In this document: piece by piece, positions 13,191 through 25,409 of the stretch
Layout: each line of letters starts with the position of its first letter
How positions within the stretch are numbered: the stretch's first letter is position 1
Position numbers and translations under genes: made by a program
NCBI GenBank assembly: GCA_963514005.1
Contig: OY740794.1
Coordinates: 19,096,001 to 19,160,000 of the forward strand
DNA from: Raja brachyura
Lineage: Eukaryota
Direction: 5' to 3'
Length of the DNA: 64,000 nt
The notes under the pieces: generated by a model
What the model was told of the DNA's origin: nothing
Database searches by the model: none
Seen by the model: the letters and a program-made list of their open reading frames with translations, nothing else

Positions 13191-13739
13191 AGACTAAATG
13201 GTCCCATTCTCACACGGGAGGCCTGGTCCCCGAACGCAATATTCCACCACTCACCCATAGCCCCCAACTGTGCAGGCGGGGGTGACGGGTTCCCGTTGTG
13301 ACGCTCCTGATCCATCCCCCCACTCCGCCACTTGCCATTCCCCCCCCCCCCACGCCCTCAGTCCATCTAATCTCAACCCCCCCCGGCCCCCATCCACCAT
13401 TATTGGTTTTCTGGCAGCGCAGCTATTCCTGCCCATTGGGTTCCCATTGTGACGTAGAACACGCAGGCATTACTGCGCAGGCACAGCTGATGGGCATGGC
13501 AAGTGGAAAAGGGATTTATTAAAGTTTAAAACGTGAATAACAAAATATAACAACAATTTAAATGTTAGAGATGAGATTTATTAAGATCACTTCTTTCTTG
13601 TTGTGTCTCTTGTTGCGTTCTGCTGCTCACTGCCTCTTGATGCCTCTTTGCTGTTGATGGAAAAAAAGACACTATTTTAACATTTGAGTGGTCAAATTTT
13701 AACGAAGAAAATCTGAGGATTTACTTCAAAAGTCATCAT

Positions 13740-15320
13740 TCGACCAAGCACGCTTTTAATGACAACATTCTTGGTCGATGTTCCATCCTTCAGGAAAACT
13801 TTGACATTTTCCTTCACCTTTCCTCAGCTAAGAGCCACATATAGTTGTCCAATACCGAAATACCGGTTTCTGAAACCAGTTGCTGAAATGCCGGTTTCTT
13901 GATGTAGATCAACACCTGCTCCATTGTTAGTCCTTGCACTTTATGGATCGTCATAGCAAAACTTGACTGAATTGGGAAATTGGGTCTGCTGAAGGGGAAT
14001 GTCCGCCTTCTGTCAAATTGTGTGTTATCCTAGGAATGAGAACAATGTCATCTTTGAAGGCTCCCATGTTGATTCTTACAACGATCAGATGATTGTGTAG
14101 CTCTTTCACAATCGTCCTCGTTCCATTGCATAGCTTTGGGGGTTCCAAGTTTCTCATTAACATGATTGGAGATCCTTTTTTCAACTTCAATTTGTGTGGT
14201 GGTAATCCAGAGATCTCGAGTGAATCGAGGAATTCTGTGGGAAGTGACTAGCATTAGTTCCGTCAGTGACAGCATTGAGCACTCCTTAATGATTCCAGGG
14301 AAGCGTCTGCTACATGTAAAATTGGTCCATCTCATCGTATCGCTTTGCGGAACCAAGATACAATTGTTGGAGAATAATTCTGCAGGATTGTCAAATGCGG
14401 GATAGATGAAATCAATCCAATCCTCCAGTGTTTTTGCTGATCGAACCATGTCTTGTGGCATTTCAATTTCATCATCTTCTTTCTTTAAAATGTCGTCTTC
14501 TCCAACTTTCAACAAAAATTGAGAATAGTCGCTTTCTCCCTCTTTCAATTGCATATTCATGTGCAATTGAAACTTGGTGAAAAGTGTCCACAAGTAGGAT
14601 TTCTTGATGCAGGAATTTTCAACATCAGCATCATTTTCTCTTTTCACTACAGGCAGGAGTTGTCAAAAATCACCACAACAAATGGTAAAATGCCTCCAAA
14701 AGGCTTAGTGTTGGTGCATAGATCTTGAAGAGTTCTGTCCGCTGCTTCAAAGTTCTCCCTCCTAATCATTGGGCATTCATCCCAAACAATGAGTTTCACT
14801 TGCCTCATCAAACATGCCGTGTTTTCCGCAATGTTGCAGAATGTATCCCCGATCAATTGGATGGGTATCTTGAATCGAGAATGTGCAGTTCTTCCAACAG
14901 GCATTAATTTAGCTGCTATAGCCACATCACCTTGACCTCTAACTTTGGAGAGGATCAAATTGGTGATAAATGTTTTTCCCGTTCCTCCTGGTGGATCAAT
15001 GAAAAACGTTGAAGGAAGCTTCCTTTTCAAGCATTGCACACCTGGTCATACACTGCCCTCTGCTCAGCATTCAGCAGAGGCTCATTCTCCTCAACAAATT
15101 GCTGTTGTTCAGTTCTGTTGTATTGCAATTCCTGCAGCAACTCTGGATTGTCATCAGCAAGGTGCATGCTTCCATTTCTTGGTTGTGGCAAATGAAAGCA
15201 TTCCATTGTTTTGTTGTAATTCTCAAGCTTATCTTGAATATGCAACAGACCCTGATCATGATGCTTCTCTTCAATCATGATATTGGGATCACTCATTGTT
15301 CTCCATTCTTTGTACTTGAA
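13740..15320 (-). pseudogene. Helitron RepHel PIF1-like helicase, frameshifted C-terminal half
   Basis: LNAEQRAVYDQV; FFIDPPGGTGKT (Walker A); GRTAHSRFKIP; LIVWDECPM; KPFGG; LKKGSPIMLMRNL..LCNGTR; VLIPRI; GQLYVALS; TKNVVIKSVL. Confidence 0.93.
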
Positions 15321-15334
15321 GCAGGGGCTGTCGA

Positions 15335-16130
15335 GGGGGGGGTGTGAGTATCCTGCAGCCGGGGGAGGGGGACAGCTTGAGGTGGGTGCTTTCGGTGCGG
15401 GTGGGGGGGGGGGGGGGGGAGTCATCCAGCCGGGGGGAGGAGGGAGAGCCTCAGGTGGGGGCGGTTGGCTGGGGGGGGGGGGGGGGTTAGCGTCCTGCAG
15501 CCAGGGTAGGGGCACGGCTTCAAGCGGGGTCTATCGCAGGGGGCATCCTGCAGCTGGAGGAGGAGTGCGAGCACCCTGCAGCCGGGCGAGGGGGATGGTA
15601 GCAGGTGGGGGCTGTCGGGGGAGGGGGGGTGAACGTCCTCTAGGCGGGGGCGAGGGATGGCTTCAGGCGGGAGCTGTCGGGGGTAGCGTCTTGCAGCCGG
15701 GGAGGGGCACGGCTTCAGACGGGGTCTGTCTGGGGCCGGTGGGGGAGAGGGAATCTTGCCGGGGGAGGGGGACAGCTTCAGGCAGGGCTGTCAGGCGCCA
15801 GTGGGGGGGGAGCGTCCTGCAGCCGGGGAATGGGGGTGGATTCAGGCGGGGGCTGTCAGGGGTCAGTGGGGGACCTGCAACTGGGGGGGAGGGACAGTTT
15901 CAGGCGTGGGCTGCCTGGGGGGTATCGTCCTGCAGATGGGGGAGGGGCACAGCTTCAGGTAGGGGCTGTCATGGCCGGTGGGGGGAGGGGGAGTGTCCTA
16001 CAGACAGGAGAGGGGCACAGCTTCAGGTGGGGGCTGTCGGGCCGGTGGGGGGGCGAGTGCCTTCCGCTGGGGGAGGGGCATCCTGCAACCAGGGAGGGGG
16101 AGGGCTTCAGATGGGGGCCAGTGTGTGGAC
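15335..16130. repeat. G-rich degenerate minisatellite inside Helitron
   Basis: Many imperfect units of TCCTGCAGCCGGGGAGGGGCACGGCTTCAGG.GGGGCTGTC (~45-55 bp). Confidence 0.85.
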
Positions 16131-16789
16131 TTTCTGCAACAGCTAGTACAGGTGTTGTGGGCCGAAGTGGCTTGTTTCCAGAGGGCTTAAACAGACATTG
16201 TGAGCCAAATAGACTTTTCCTGGGCTAGTCGTGTAGCTGGGGACAGGGAGGGGGATTGCTTTAGGTGGGGGCCAGCGGGTGTGTTCTGTAGCCAGGGACG
16301 AGGGAAGGGGGACTACTTCAGCTGCGTGTGGGGGGGAGGGGCTGTGCAAAGGGAAGTGGGTGTAGGCGGGAGGGGGTGTGTGGGTGGGGGTGGTGTGCCT
16401 GCCAGAGTCCGGGCCCGCCAGCACCAGGCTACACTCACCCCTCACTTCCCGGATCTCGAGGTTGCAGCAGTCGACCTCGCAGTTGGGCAGGCTCCAGGCG
16501 CTCCCGAACCCACGCGCCTCGCGACTCACTCACTCTGCATGGCTTGTGGGCTCACTCACTCACTCACTCAGCACAAGCTTCTGGACTCACTCAGCACTTC
16601 TTGTGGAGTTACTCAGCGGGGTTTTTTCTCCTTGCCCCGGTGATTGACAACAGGCGTTACCTTCATGGTGAATGGCAGGCGAGAAGACCAATCTGCTGAT
16701 CTCACGATTTTTAAACCTTCATAACTTTAGTAATATTCCAGCGATCAGAACAAAACTTGGCGCACTTAGAGCAGAGGAGAGCGGCCACG

Positions 16790-16885
16790 CGGGAGACCAT
16801 ACAAACTCCGTACACAGCACCCATAGTCAGGATCAAACCCAGGTCTCTGGCGCTGCAATGCAGCAACTCTACCGCCGCACCACCA
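16790..16885 (-). mobile_element. HE1 SINE head fragment
   Basis: Reverse complement of GGTGCGGCGGTAGAGTTGCTGC..CAGCGCCAGAGACCTGGGTTTGATCCTGACTATGGGTGCTGT. Confidence 0.8.
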
Positions 16886-16988
16886 TATTTGGATTCTGAG
16901 GGGTATGGGATTGATAACGGAAGGTGTTACTGTAGATAGAGACCAGCCTTGGTCTTGCTGAGTAACAGAGCAGATGCAAGTAGTCTAA

Positions 16989-18091
16989 AGGGCCTGTCCC
17001 ATTTGGGCGACCTAATCTGCTAGTTCAGGTGAGTTTGCCCTCGACTCATACTCGCAACATGGTCGACACGAAGTCGTAGGAGGTCTTCGTAACTCTCCTT
17101 CATGCTCGAGAGTGGTCTCCGCGTACTCGAGGCCTCAGCGAGGTCGCAGCGCTTTTTTCCATATGTTAAAAAATGCCCACGAGGAAGGTCGCCATGGAAA
17201 AAATCGATACTTCTTTTACTCGTAGGTTTAATCGCAGTAGGTCGCAGTAGGTCGGCATATTAGTCGTAGGTAATCGAGGGTAGTCGTAGATAGTCTTCAT
17301 CATAGTCAAAGGGAGATTGAAGGGCATCGAAGCAAGTCGTCTTCACTCTCCACTATTTTTTTTTTGTTTAATTTCTTTTATTAGAAGTAATCGATTTACA
17401 ATATTGTAAACAGCTTTACAAACATCAACTTAATTCCAAATATTTTTTTTAAATAACCCATTGAAAGTTATTATCTTCTATTTTTTAGGAAAAAAAGATA
17501 GAGATAGAGTAGTTTTAAATCAATAAGAGAGTGATTAAATAATAATTTGATTATATAAAAGAGAAAAAGAAAATAGAAAAAGGAAATAAGGTTAACAAAA
17601 AATGAAAAAATATTATATATATATATAAATGAAAAACAACCAAATATATTTTATCTAAAACTATTACTAATAATAGTATCAAGGAAGACATGCTTATTAA
17701 TCCTAGTATAAGAATATGTTATTCTCATCAAGTCCCGCAGGGTACCCGTCAAGCTGTGTTGTCAAGAGCAGCTACTTCTCTAGGTACTGTATATATGGAG
17801 ACCATATTTGTTCGAAAGAGTTATATTTGTCCAGTAGGACAAATCTAATTCTTTCTAATTGTAACGTCTCCAACATTTCTGCCGCCCACATTTTAATTGT
17901 GGGGGTTAAAGTTCCCTTCCAAAATTTCAATATTATTTCTAGAAGGCGCTATTTGGTGTGCAATTTTCCCGAAGTTAGTCATAGCTAGTCGTAGCTAGTC
18001 GAAGCTGGTCTTCAACATAGTCGAAGGAGATCTTCAAAATGTCATTTTTTCAAAATCTTCTAAACTCGCCAATTAGGTCGCCCAAGTCTCT
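16989..18091. mobile_element. PIF/Harbinger-type MITE interrupted by L1
   Basis: TAA|AGGGCCTGTCCCATTTGGGCGACCTAAT ... ATTAGGTCGCCCAAGT (right TIR partly deleted)|TAA. Confidence 0.78.
17356..17947 (-). mobile_element. L1 3' fragment nested in MITE
   Basis: poly-T tail; ILKFWKG..PTIKMW..ETLQLERIRF..IWSPY motif shared with the other L1 copies; CTATTT duplicated at both ends. Confidence 0.85.
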
Positions 18092-19068
18092 TAATGGTTC
18101 TAATATCTGATGTTCTCAGTGAAACTCTGCTCTTGCATTAGAAACATGTTGAAATTTTGCATTAGAAACATGTTGAAATTTTGCAGGGAGCTTAGGGCCA
18201 AAGTATACAGTGAGAAGGATTATCAATAGCATGAATGTGCAGTATAGTCACATTATCTCAGTAATTCAAGTAAGTGAGTCCATTGTGTTGCAAGAAAATG
18301 TATGCAATTTGTTCTCGTCTGGCTTTAGGCAGCTCTCAGATTCCTTCAAATTTGCAATATTGCCATGAACATTAGATGGAATTTAATCTATTTTCCTTGA
18401 ACATGAAGAAAGCTCCGCTTTATACTCAAAATAGAATAAATACTTCATTAGTTTCTATGCCGTCTATGCTACCTCCTTTGTATCAACAAGACACCCTATT
18501 TTGAAACACTATCAAAAATTTACCATGATTTCATGGAATGTTTTATTCTTCTCCTCCCTCCAGTTTTATTTTTTGACTCATGAAGGCACTGACCTGTGGA
18601 GAAGTATGATTCCATGGGGATGCAATTCACTGATGTATTGTTTGTAGCCAGTCTCACAGTCTGGCACTTAGCAGGATGATCAACCATCTGTGTGGGGATT
18701 CAAGGTGAGCCTGAGTCTATCCAGAGCCGTGATTTACACTTGTATCACCAGTTAAAATAAGAACAGTATCATCAGTACTTTATTTTTACAGATGCTGGCG
18801 ATTGGATGTTCATTTTAAAAAAATCTGTTTATCTCAAGTTTCCAACGTCAAATATAAAATTTGTTCTTAGCAGGTCTCTATGTTTTGAGGGTGACTTGCA
18901 CTCTAGCCATCTGGGTTCAGAGGTTACTGAGGAGGCCAACGTTGGAGCTGCCAGGTAGGAAGTGTCTGATCAGGAGGTGGGTGAGCCAAAATTGTGGAGA
19001 GTGTTTAATTCTCAGATGTAATGACAATGGAACAATGAAATTCTTACTTGCAGCAGCATTACTTGATT

Positions 19069-19443
19069 GAGGTCTTTAAAATGATGAAAGGGATAGACAG
19101 AGTTGACGTAGATAAGCTTTTCCCATTGTGGGTAGGAAAGATTAAAACAAGAGGGCATGACATGAGAATTAAGTGACAGAAGTTTAGGGGTAACATGAGG
19201 GGGAACTTCTTTACTCAGAGAGTGGTAGCTGTGTGGAATTATCTTCCGGCAGAAGTGGTGGAGGCAGGATCGATTCTAACATTTAAGAGTAAAGTGGATA
19301 GGTATATGGACGGGAAGGGAATGGAGGGGTATGGTCTGAGTGCAGGTAGATGGGACTAGGTGAAAATAAATGGTCGACACGGATTGGAAGGGCCGAGAGG
19401 GCCTGTTTCCGTGCTGTAATTGTTATATGGTTATATGGTTATA
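19069..19443 (+). mobile_element. CR1 LINE 3' end
   Basis: GNFFTQRVVAVWNYLP motif, GGGCCTGTTTCCGTGCTG 3' UTR, (TATATGGT)n tail. Confidence 0.9.
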
Positions 19444-19559
19444 ATGGGCCTGTAAATGCAATACACGTAGATAATATGTAATTAAAAAATCATTAAATTA
19501 ATAACTCCAAGACTATTGCAAGAATCACCCGCAAAGTCCTTAATGCAACCAAAGACAAT

Positions 19560-19855
19560 CCAGCAGTAGAGATGCTGCCTCACAGCGCCAGAGACCCGGG
19601 TTCGATCCTGACTATGGGTGGTGTCTGTACAGAGTTTGTACGTTCTCCCCGTCATCATGTGGGTTGTCCCCGGGTGCTCCAGTTTCCTCCCACATTCCAA
19701 AGACATACAGGTTTCTAGGTTAACTTGACTTTGGTAAAAATTGTAAATTTTCCCTAGTTTGTAGGATAGTGCTAGAGTACAGGGTGATCGCTGGTCAGAG
19801 TGGACTCATTCAGCTGAAGGACCTGTTTCCACACTGTATCTCTAAACTAAACTCC
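19560..19855 (+). mobile_element. HE1 SINE
   Basis: GGTTCGATCC B box, core and (TAAAC)n tail. Confidence 0.88.
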
Positions 19856-19859
19856 ATTC

Positions 19860-20480
19860 GTAGTTGAAGTGAGTGTTGTGTGATGTTCAGGAGACGGATG
19901 GTTGTTGGGAAGAGCCACGTTTGAACCTGGTGATTATGGTTTTCAGATTCCATACTTTCTTCCCGATGGCGGGAGTGTAATGAATATGTAACCAGGGTGT
20001 TGTGGGTCTTTGATGATACTGGCTGCTTTTTTGAGGCAGTTCCTTTTTATGATGGGGAAGTCAGTATATGTGGAGGATTAGGGCAGTGTCTACCGTTCTC
20101 AACAATCTCTTTTGTTCCTGGGTGTTTAAATTGCCACACAGGTCAGGTTGCAACCAGTTAATAAGCTCTCTATTGTACACTTGTGGAAGTTGAAGAGAGT
20201 ATTCGGCGACATACCAAATCTCTTCAATCTTCTGCCATTTATTCTGTGCTTCTGTGTACTCTGCAAGGTATTAAAGGTTCCACGATCTATCCCAAATGGT
20301 CCTCCTATGCTTTTATGGCACAGAGATTCCCAGTAGGCAGTGGGAATGTTGCGGTTTTTTTTTCAACTAGGCTATGAGAACGACTTTGTATCTTTTCCTC
20401 TGTCTATCTGGTAATATTTTTCTACGATAGCCCGAAATTGAGTACCTCTTGCAAGAATCTGGTCTGGGCATGTGACAATA
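19860..20480 (-). mobile_element. L2-clade LINE 3' fragment (its tail is at ~19000-19060)
   Basis: Reverse strand GCAGCCAGTATCATCAAAGACCCACAACACCCTGG...CCATCGGGAAGAAAGTA resembles an L2 ORF2 end. Confidence 0.6.
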
Positions 20481-20769
20481 TGGACAGCACATTGATTATC
20501 AAGGACGAATCATGATAAAAGATCCTTTATGACATACCTGTCCTCAATATCCAGTGACATTGAACTGTATTGTCGCCAGAACTGCTGAGAGCGATGAGAT
20601 CCTGTTGTTTTGCATTCATTCCCTCGTTCTATGTACCTTTTCATATCTCTGCTTCCCTCTCTCTGACTCTCAGTCTCATGTCTGGACCCGATACATCACC
20701 TATTCCTTTTCTCCAGAGATGCTGGCTGACCCGCTGAGATACTCAATGTATGAAATGAAAAACTACATG

Positions 20770-21050
20770 AGCTAACAGAGCCACTGCCTCACAGTTCCAG
20801 TGACCCCGGAGCTTGGGTCTTGTCTCTAACTCCCTGTAACTGCATGGGTTTTCTCCTGGTGCTCCAGTTTCCTGTCACATCACAAACGCTTATAGGTTGG
20901 GAGGTTAATTGGCCACTGTAAATTACTCCTAGTGTGTAGTTGAGTGGTAGAATATGGGGAGAATAAAATAGCTGAGTGTGGGAGGAATATAAATGGATGC
21001 TTGATGCTGAGCCAAATGTGCTGTTTCCCTGCTATATGTCTTTATAACTC
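20770..21050 (+). mobile_element. Diverged HE1 SINE
   Basis: CTGCCTCACAG..GGGTTTTCTCCTGGTGCTCCAGTTTCC..GGTTAATTGGC. Confidence 0.7.
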
Positions 21051-21440
21051 TAGTTTAGCACAAATTTATAAAACATCCTTAAATTCTAAATGTACACCTA
21101 AATCTTGAGATTTCTACATTTTTCTGCATTGTTGCCTTGTTACGACATAATTTCAGTTGCAAACTATGTCTCTCAAAACATAAGGACAGGCTTAAGTTTC
21201 TTATGCCAGTTCTGCACTAAAATTTCCGGAATATGAAAGTCTTGAAATGACATTACTGGCAGTGTAGTGGGACTGACAATGTTAGCAACAAGGTCATCAC
21301 GCGATGTGTTTTCTTGTTGGATTACCCCTTGAGTAGGGATTGAGTTTTACTGGAATTTAAGGATTTCCTGGAACAAGACAGTTGGTCTGTTTCATTTTTA
21401 GAATTTGGGAATACAAATTATCTAAAGTGCAGTTACCATA

Positions 21441-22922
21441 CAATGCATTCAGAAACTATTCAGACTCCTTCACTTTTTCCACATTTTGTTGTTACACCCT
21501 TATTCTAAAATTGATTAAATTATTTTTTTTTTTTAATCATCAATCTAATTACAATACCTCATAATAAAAGAGCAAAAACAGGTGTTTTGAAATATTTGCA
21601 AAGTAATTAAAAAGAAATAACTGAAATATCATATTTACATAAGTATTCAGACCCTTTGTTATGACACTCAGAATTGAGCTTTGCTGCGTCCTGTTTCCAT
21701 TGATTATCCTTGAGATGTTTCTACAACTTGATTGGAGTCCACCAGTGGTAAATTAAATTGATCGTACATGATTTGGAAAGGCACACACCTGTCTATGTAA
21801 GATCCTGCAGTAGACAGAGCAAAAACCAAGCCATGAAGATGAAGGAGTTGTCCCGAGACCTCCGAGATTCTAGATTGTGTCAAGACACAGATCTGGGGAA
21901 GGGTATAAAACAATTTCTGCAGCATTCCAGATCCCGAAGAGCACAGTGGCCTCCGTTATTCTTAAATGGAAGAACTTTGAAACCACCAGGACTCTTCATA
22001 GAGCTGGCCGCCCGGCCAAACTGAGCAATCGGGAGAGAAGGGCCTTGGTCAGGGAGGTGACTAAGAACCCGATGGTCACTCTGACAGATATCCAGAGTTC
22101 CTCTGTGGAGATGGGAGAAACTTCCAGAACGTAAACAGGATTCTCTGGTCAGATGAAACCAAGATTGAACTCTTTGGCCTGAATGCCAAGTGTCACGTCT
22201 GGAAGAAACTAGGCACTGCTCATCACCTGGCCAATACCATACCTACGGTGAAGCATGGTGGTGGCAGCATCATGCCGTGTGGATGTTTTTCAGCAGTAGG
22301 AACTGGGAGACTAGTCAGGATCGAGGGAAAGATAAACGGAGCAAAGTACAGAGAGATCCTGCTGCACAGCGTTCAGGACCTCAGACTGGGGCAGAGGTTC
22401 ACCTTCCAACAGGACAATGATCCTAAGCACACAGCCAAGACAGCGCAGGAGTGGCTTCATCACAAGTCTGTGAATGTCCTTGAGTGGCCCAGTCAGAGCC
22501 CGGACTTGAACCCGATCGAACACCTCTGAAGAGACCTGAAAATAGCTGTGCATCGATGCTCCCCATCCAACCTGACAGAGCTTGAGAGGATCTGCAGAGA
22601 AGAATGGGAGAAATTACCCAAATACAGGTGTGCCAAGCTTGTAGCGTCATACCCAAGAAGACTTGAGGCTGCAATCGCTGTCAAAGGTGCCTCAACAAAG
22701 TACTAAGTGAAGGGCATGAATACTTATGTAAATGTGTTATTTCAGTTATTTATTTTTAACTACTTTACAAAAATCTCTAAAGACCTGTTTTTGCTTTTTT
22801 TATTATGGAGTTTTGTGTGTAGATTGATGATTTAAAAAAAAAAAGAATTTAATCCATTTTAGAATAAGGCTGTAATGTAACAGAATGGAAAAAGCAAAGG
22901 TAAATACTTTCTGAATGCATTG
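21441..22922 (+). mobile_element. Tc1 DNA transposon (IR/DR type), both ends present
   Basis: TA|CAATGCATTCAGAAACTATT ... AATACTTTCTGAATGCATTG with ~210-bp TIRs; inner DRs CATATTTACATAAGTATTCAGACCC (~21630) and its inverse (~22712). Confidence 0.95.
21833..22706 (+). pseudogene. Tc1 DD34E transposase pseudogene
   Basis: [57 protein letters not shown]; internal deletion, frameshifts and a premature stop. Confidence 0.95.
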
Positions 22923-23824
22923 TCTATCAATCATTCCATTTTCCAGCCATTCCCCCTCTGACCTTAAAACTCTGCCTTCTAGAATTTGACATTTCTATCC
23001 TGGGAAAAAGGTCTGACTGTCTACCCTCTCTACGCCTCACATAATTTAATAAATTGGTATCAGGTCTCCCCTAGCCTCTGATGTTCCAGGGAAATTAATG
23101 ATAGTTGGAGTATAATAAAGGAAAAGGATTTATTAATTTTGCAAATAATAGAAAAGCATTTAAATAGTGTGAGTGACTGAATGCTGGTGTTCTGAGAGCC
23201 ACAAGTGTCCTCAAATATAAGCATTTAACTATACTAAGTAGTTAGGAAGGAAAACGTAATGTTGTCCTTTTTTGCAATTGAGACCACACCTGGAGCACTT
23301 CATGTATTTATAGCAGTTTAAGGACCAGATGCCTCCCTTGAAGCCAATGTAGTACAGGCTCACTATGTGGATCCCTGGGAAGAAAGGCTTGTCCTAGAAG
23401 GACAGATTAGGTAGATTCTGCCAAACTATCTGGAGGTTTAAGGAATGAGAAATAATTTCCTTGAAATATAGAAACAAGGAACTGCAGATGCTGCTTTACA
23501 CAAGAGGACACAAAGTGTGGAGTAAGTCAGCAGGTCAGGCAGCATCTCTGGAGGATGTGGATAGGAGACATTTTGGTTTGGGAAGGGTCAATTTATGTCC
23601 TCTACTGACCTGCTGAGTTACTCCCCACTTTGTGTCCTTTCTTGAAATATATAAGCTTATGAGGGGGACTGAAATGAAAGACATCAGGAAGATGTTTTTC
23701 CTCGCTGGAAAATCTCAAACTGGATGGAAGGGGCAGAACCTTGGGATAAAGGGTGCTCATTTAATACTGAAATTTCTTATGTCTGTGTATTTATGAATTT
23801 CTGACAGTTGTGGGTGCTTAGTAA

Positions 23825-24049
23825 AGGGCCTGTCTCACTTTCACGACCTCTGCCAAGTTTGCCCTTGACTCATACTAACAGCATGGTCGTCACAAGGTCG
23901 TAGGAGGTCGTAGGTAGGTCGTAGCAGGCCGTGATGCTAGTCATAGGTACTCGTGGCATCAAGTAGGTCGGGCGTTTTTTCTAGCCTGATGAAAAATATC
24001 CACGAGTAAAAAAGGTCGTGAATTAGGTGGTGAAAGTGGGAGAGGACCT
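23825..24049. mobile_element. PIF/Harbinger-type MITE
   Basis: TAA|AGGGCCTGTCTCACTTTCACGACCT ... GTGAAAGTGGGAGAGGACCT|TAA. Confidence 0.85.
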
Positions 24050-24180
24050 TAACTTTATGTTCAATATGTAACTGACTAGATCTTTGGATTGTAAAGGATT
24101 TGTGGCTTCTGGGAAGCATCCATGTTCTTTATTCTCCACATCACCGTCTATATCTCTCGTTTCTCTGATCCCTAACCAGT

Positions 24181-24214
24181 CTGAAGAAGGGTCTCGACCC
24201 GAAACGTCGCCTAT
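24181..24214 (+). ncRNA. Candidate minimal type I hammerhead ribozyme core (Penelope-derived)
   Basis: CTGAAGA-A-GGGT(CTCG)ACCC-GAAA-CG-TC, predicted cleavage after C24208; helix I is weak in this copy. Confidence 0.6.
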
Positions 24215-25409
24215 CTCCTTCGCTCCTTAGATGCTGCTGCACCCGCTGAGTTTCTCCAGCTTTTTGTGTACCCATGTTCTTTATTAAATGGCTGAGCAGA
24301 CTTAAGGAATCTTGTAGCCTACCCTGGCTGCTTTGTTCTAAATTTGTCATTAGTGCTAATACATGGCCAATCTGCCTGCCTTCACTTCACCTCCCACAAG
24401 TGCTTGAGACGCTGGCCGGGGATTTAAATTGAACGGGCTGGATTCTGAAATGGACAACTGCATGCAAAGATACCGTGTTGTTTTAATAATGCATGTGCTA
24501 GCGGGTGATTGAAAATATTTCCAGCAAAGCTTAGAAAGGGTGGTGGGAGTTGGGGGTGTAGGCGTGATACTATTGTTAGTGGCATCTTGAGATTTCAGTC
24601 CCACTCTGTACTCAGCCTTGACGTGGTGACAGTAGATAATCTAAGATGTCTCTTGTCAGTGGAAAGGAAGTTCAGCACATAGTGTGTGAGGTAATGGAAC
24701 ATGTTTATTATCTTATGGGAAAGAGTTTATGCGCTGGCATGAGTTTTATTAAGGGTGCTTGCATTACTGATAGAGTTACAGACTACACACTTTACAAAGC
24801 TGCCTAATAAAAGCATCACATTGCATATTTCATTATTGCACAGTTCTTCACAACACAGGTCTCTGTGTCTCGCTTCCTCAGAGTTATTGAATTATTAATG
24901 AATCTATTGAATTATTAGTACAGGGGAGATGAACTGAATGTTAAATTTTGTTTCTGTTTTTCTAGTTGGTCTCCTTACCTAATGCTTTCTCTCTCCCACA
25001 ATCTCAGCACCTCCACAATTCCACAATGTTGGATCTAACAGCATCAATGGCTCCTGGCGCTGCAGTCTTAATCTGAAATGATTCCTGCCTTTCTTTGTGC
25101 TAGGTTTTGTGTGTGGCACTGTGATGCTTCCTTACATGAATGTGTAGGTGTTCACCTAGTCGCCATGATTCATAGAAAGATGTTAATGATGCACTTAAAA
25201 TGTGCCCGAAATCGCAGCCGAATTAGCAATTGCTGCAAAGCCAGCCACAGTTGCTCCAAGCTGAGAAAATGACACAATTTCAGTAATGGACAACAAATTA
25301 TCATTCTGAAATTTTCAGTTTTTTATATCCCACTGAGTGCCTGTGGGAATTTACAAACAGACACTAAATTTATAAGTGAATTACTATGTTCCTAATGGTT
25401 AGGAAATCA

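Larger units (their letters stand above)
13190..16790 (-). mobile_element. Helitron with RepHel helicase remnant
   Basis: Same subterminal sequences as the other Helitron copies (GGTGGAATATTGCGTT..GGGACC at the 3' side; AAAACTTGGCGCACTT..GCAGAGGAGA at the 5' side) enclosing PIF1 helicase motifs. Confidence 0.85.

Noticed and set aside
15277-16228. 289-aa Gly-rich ORF
   Set aside because: Translation of a G-rich minisatellite; no domain.
18133-18185. 24-bp tandem duplication
   Set aside because: Simple local duplication with no further structure.
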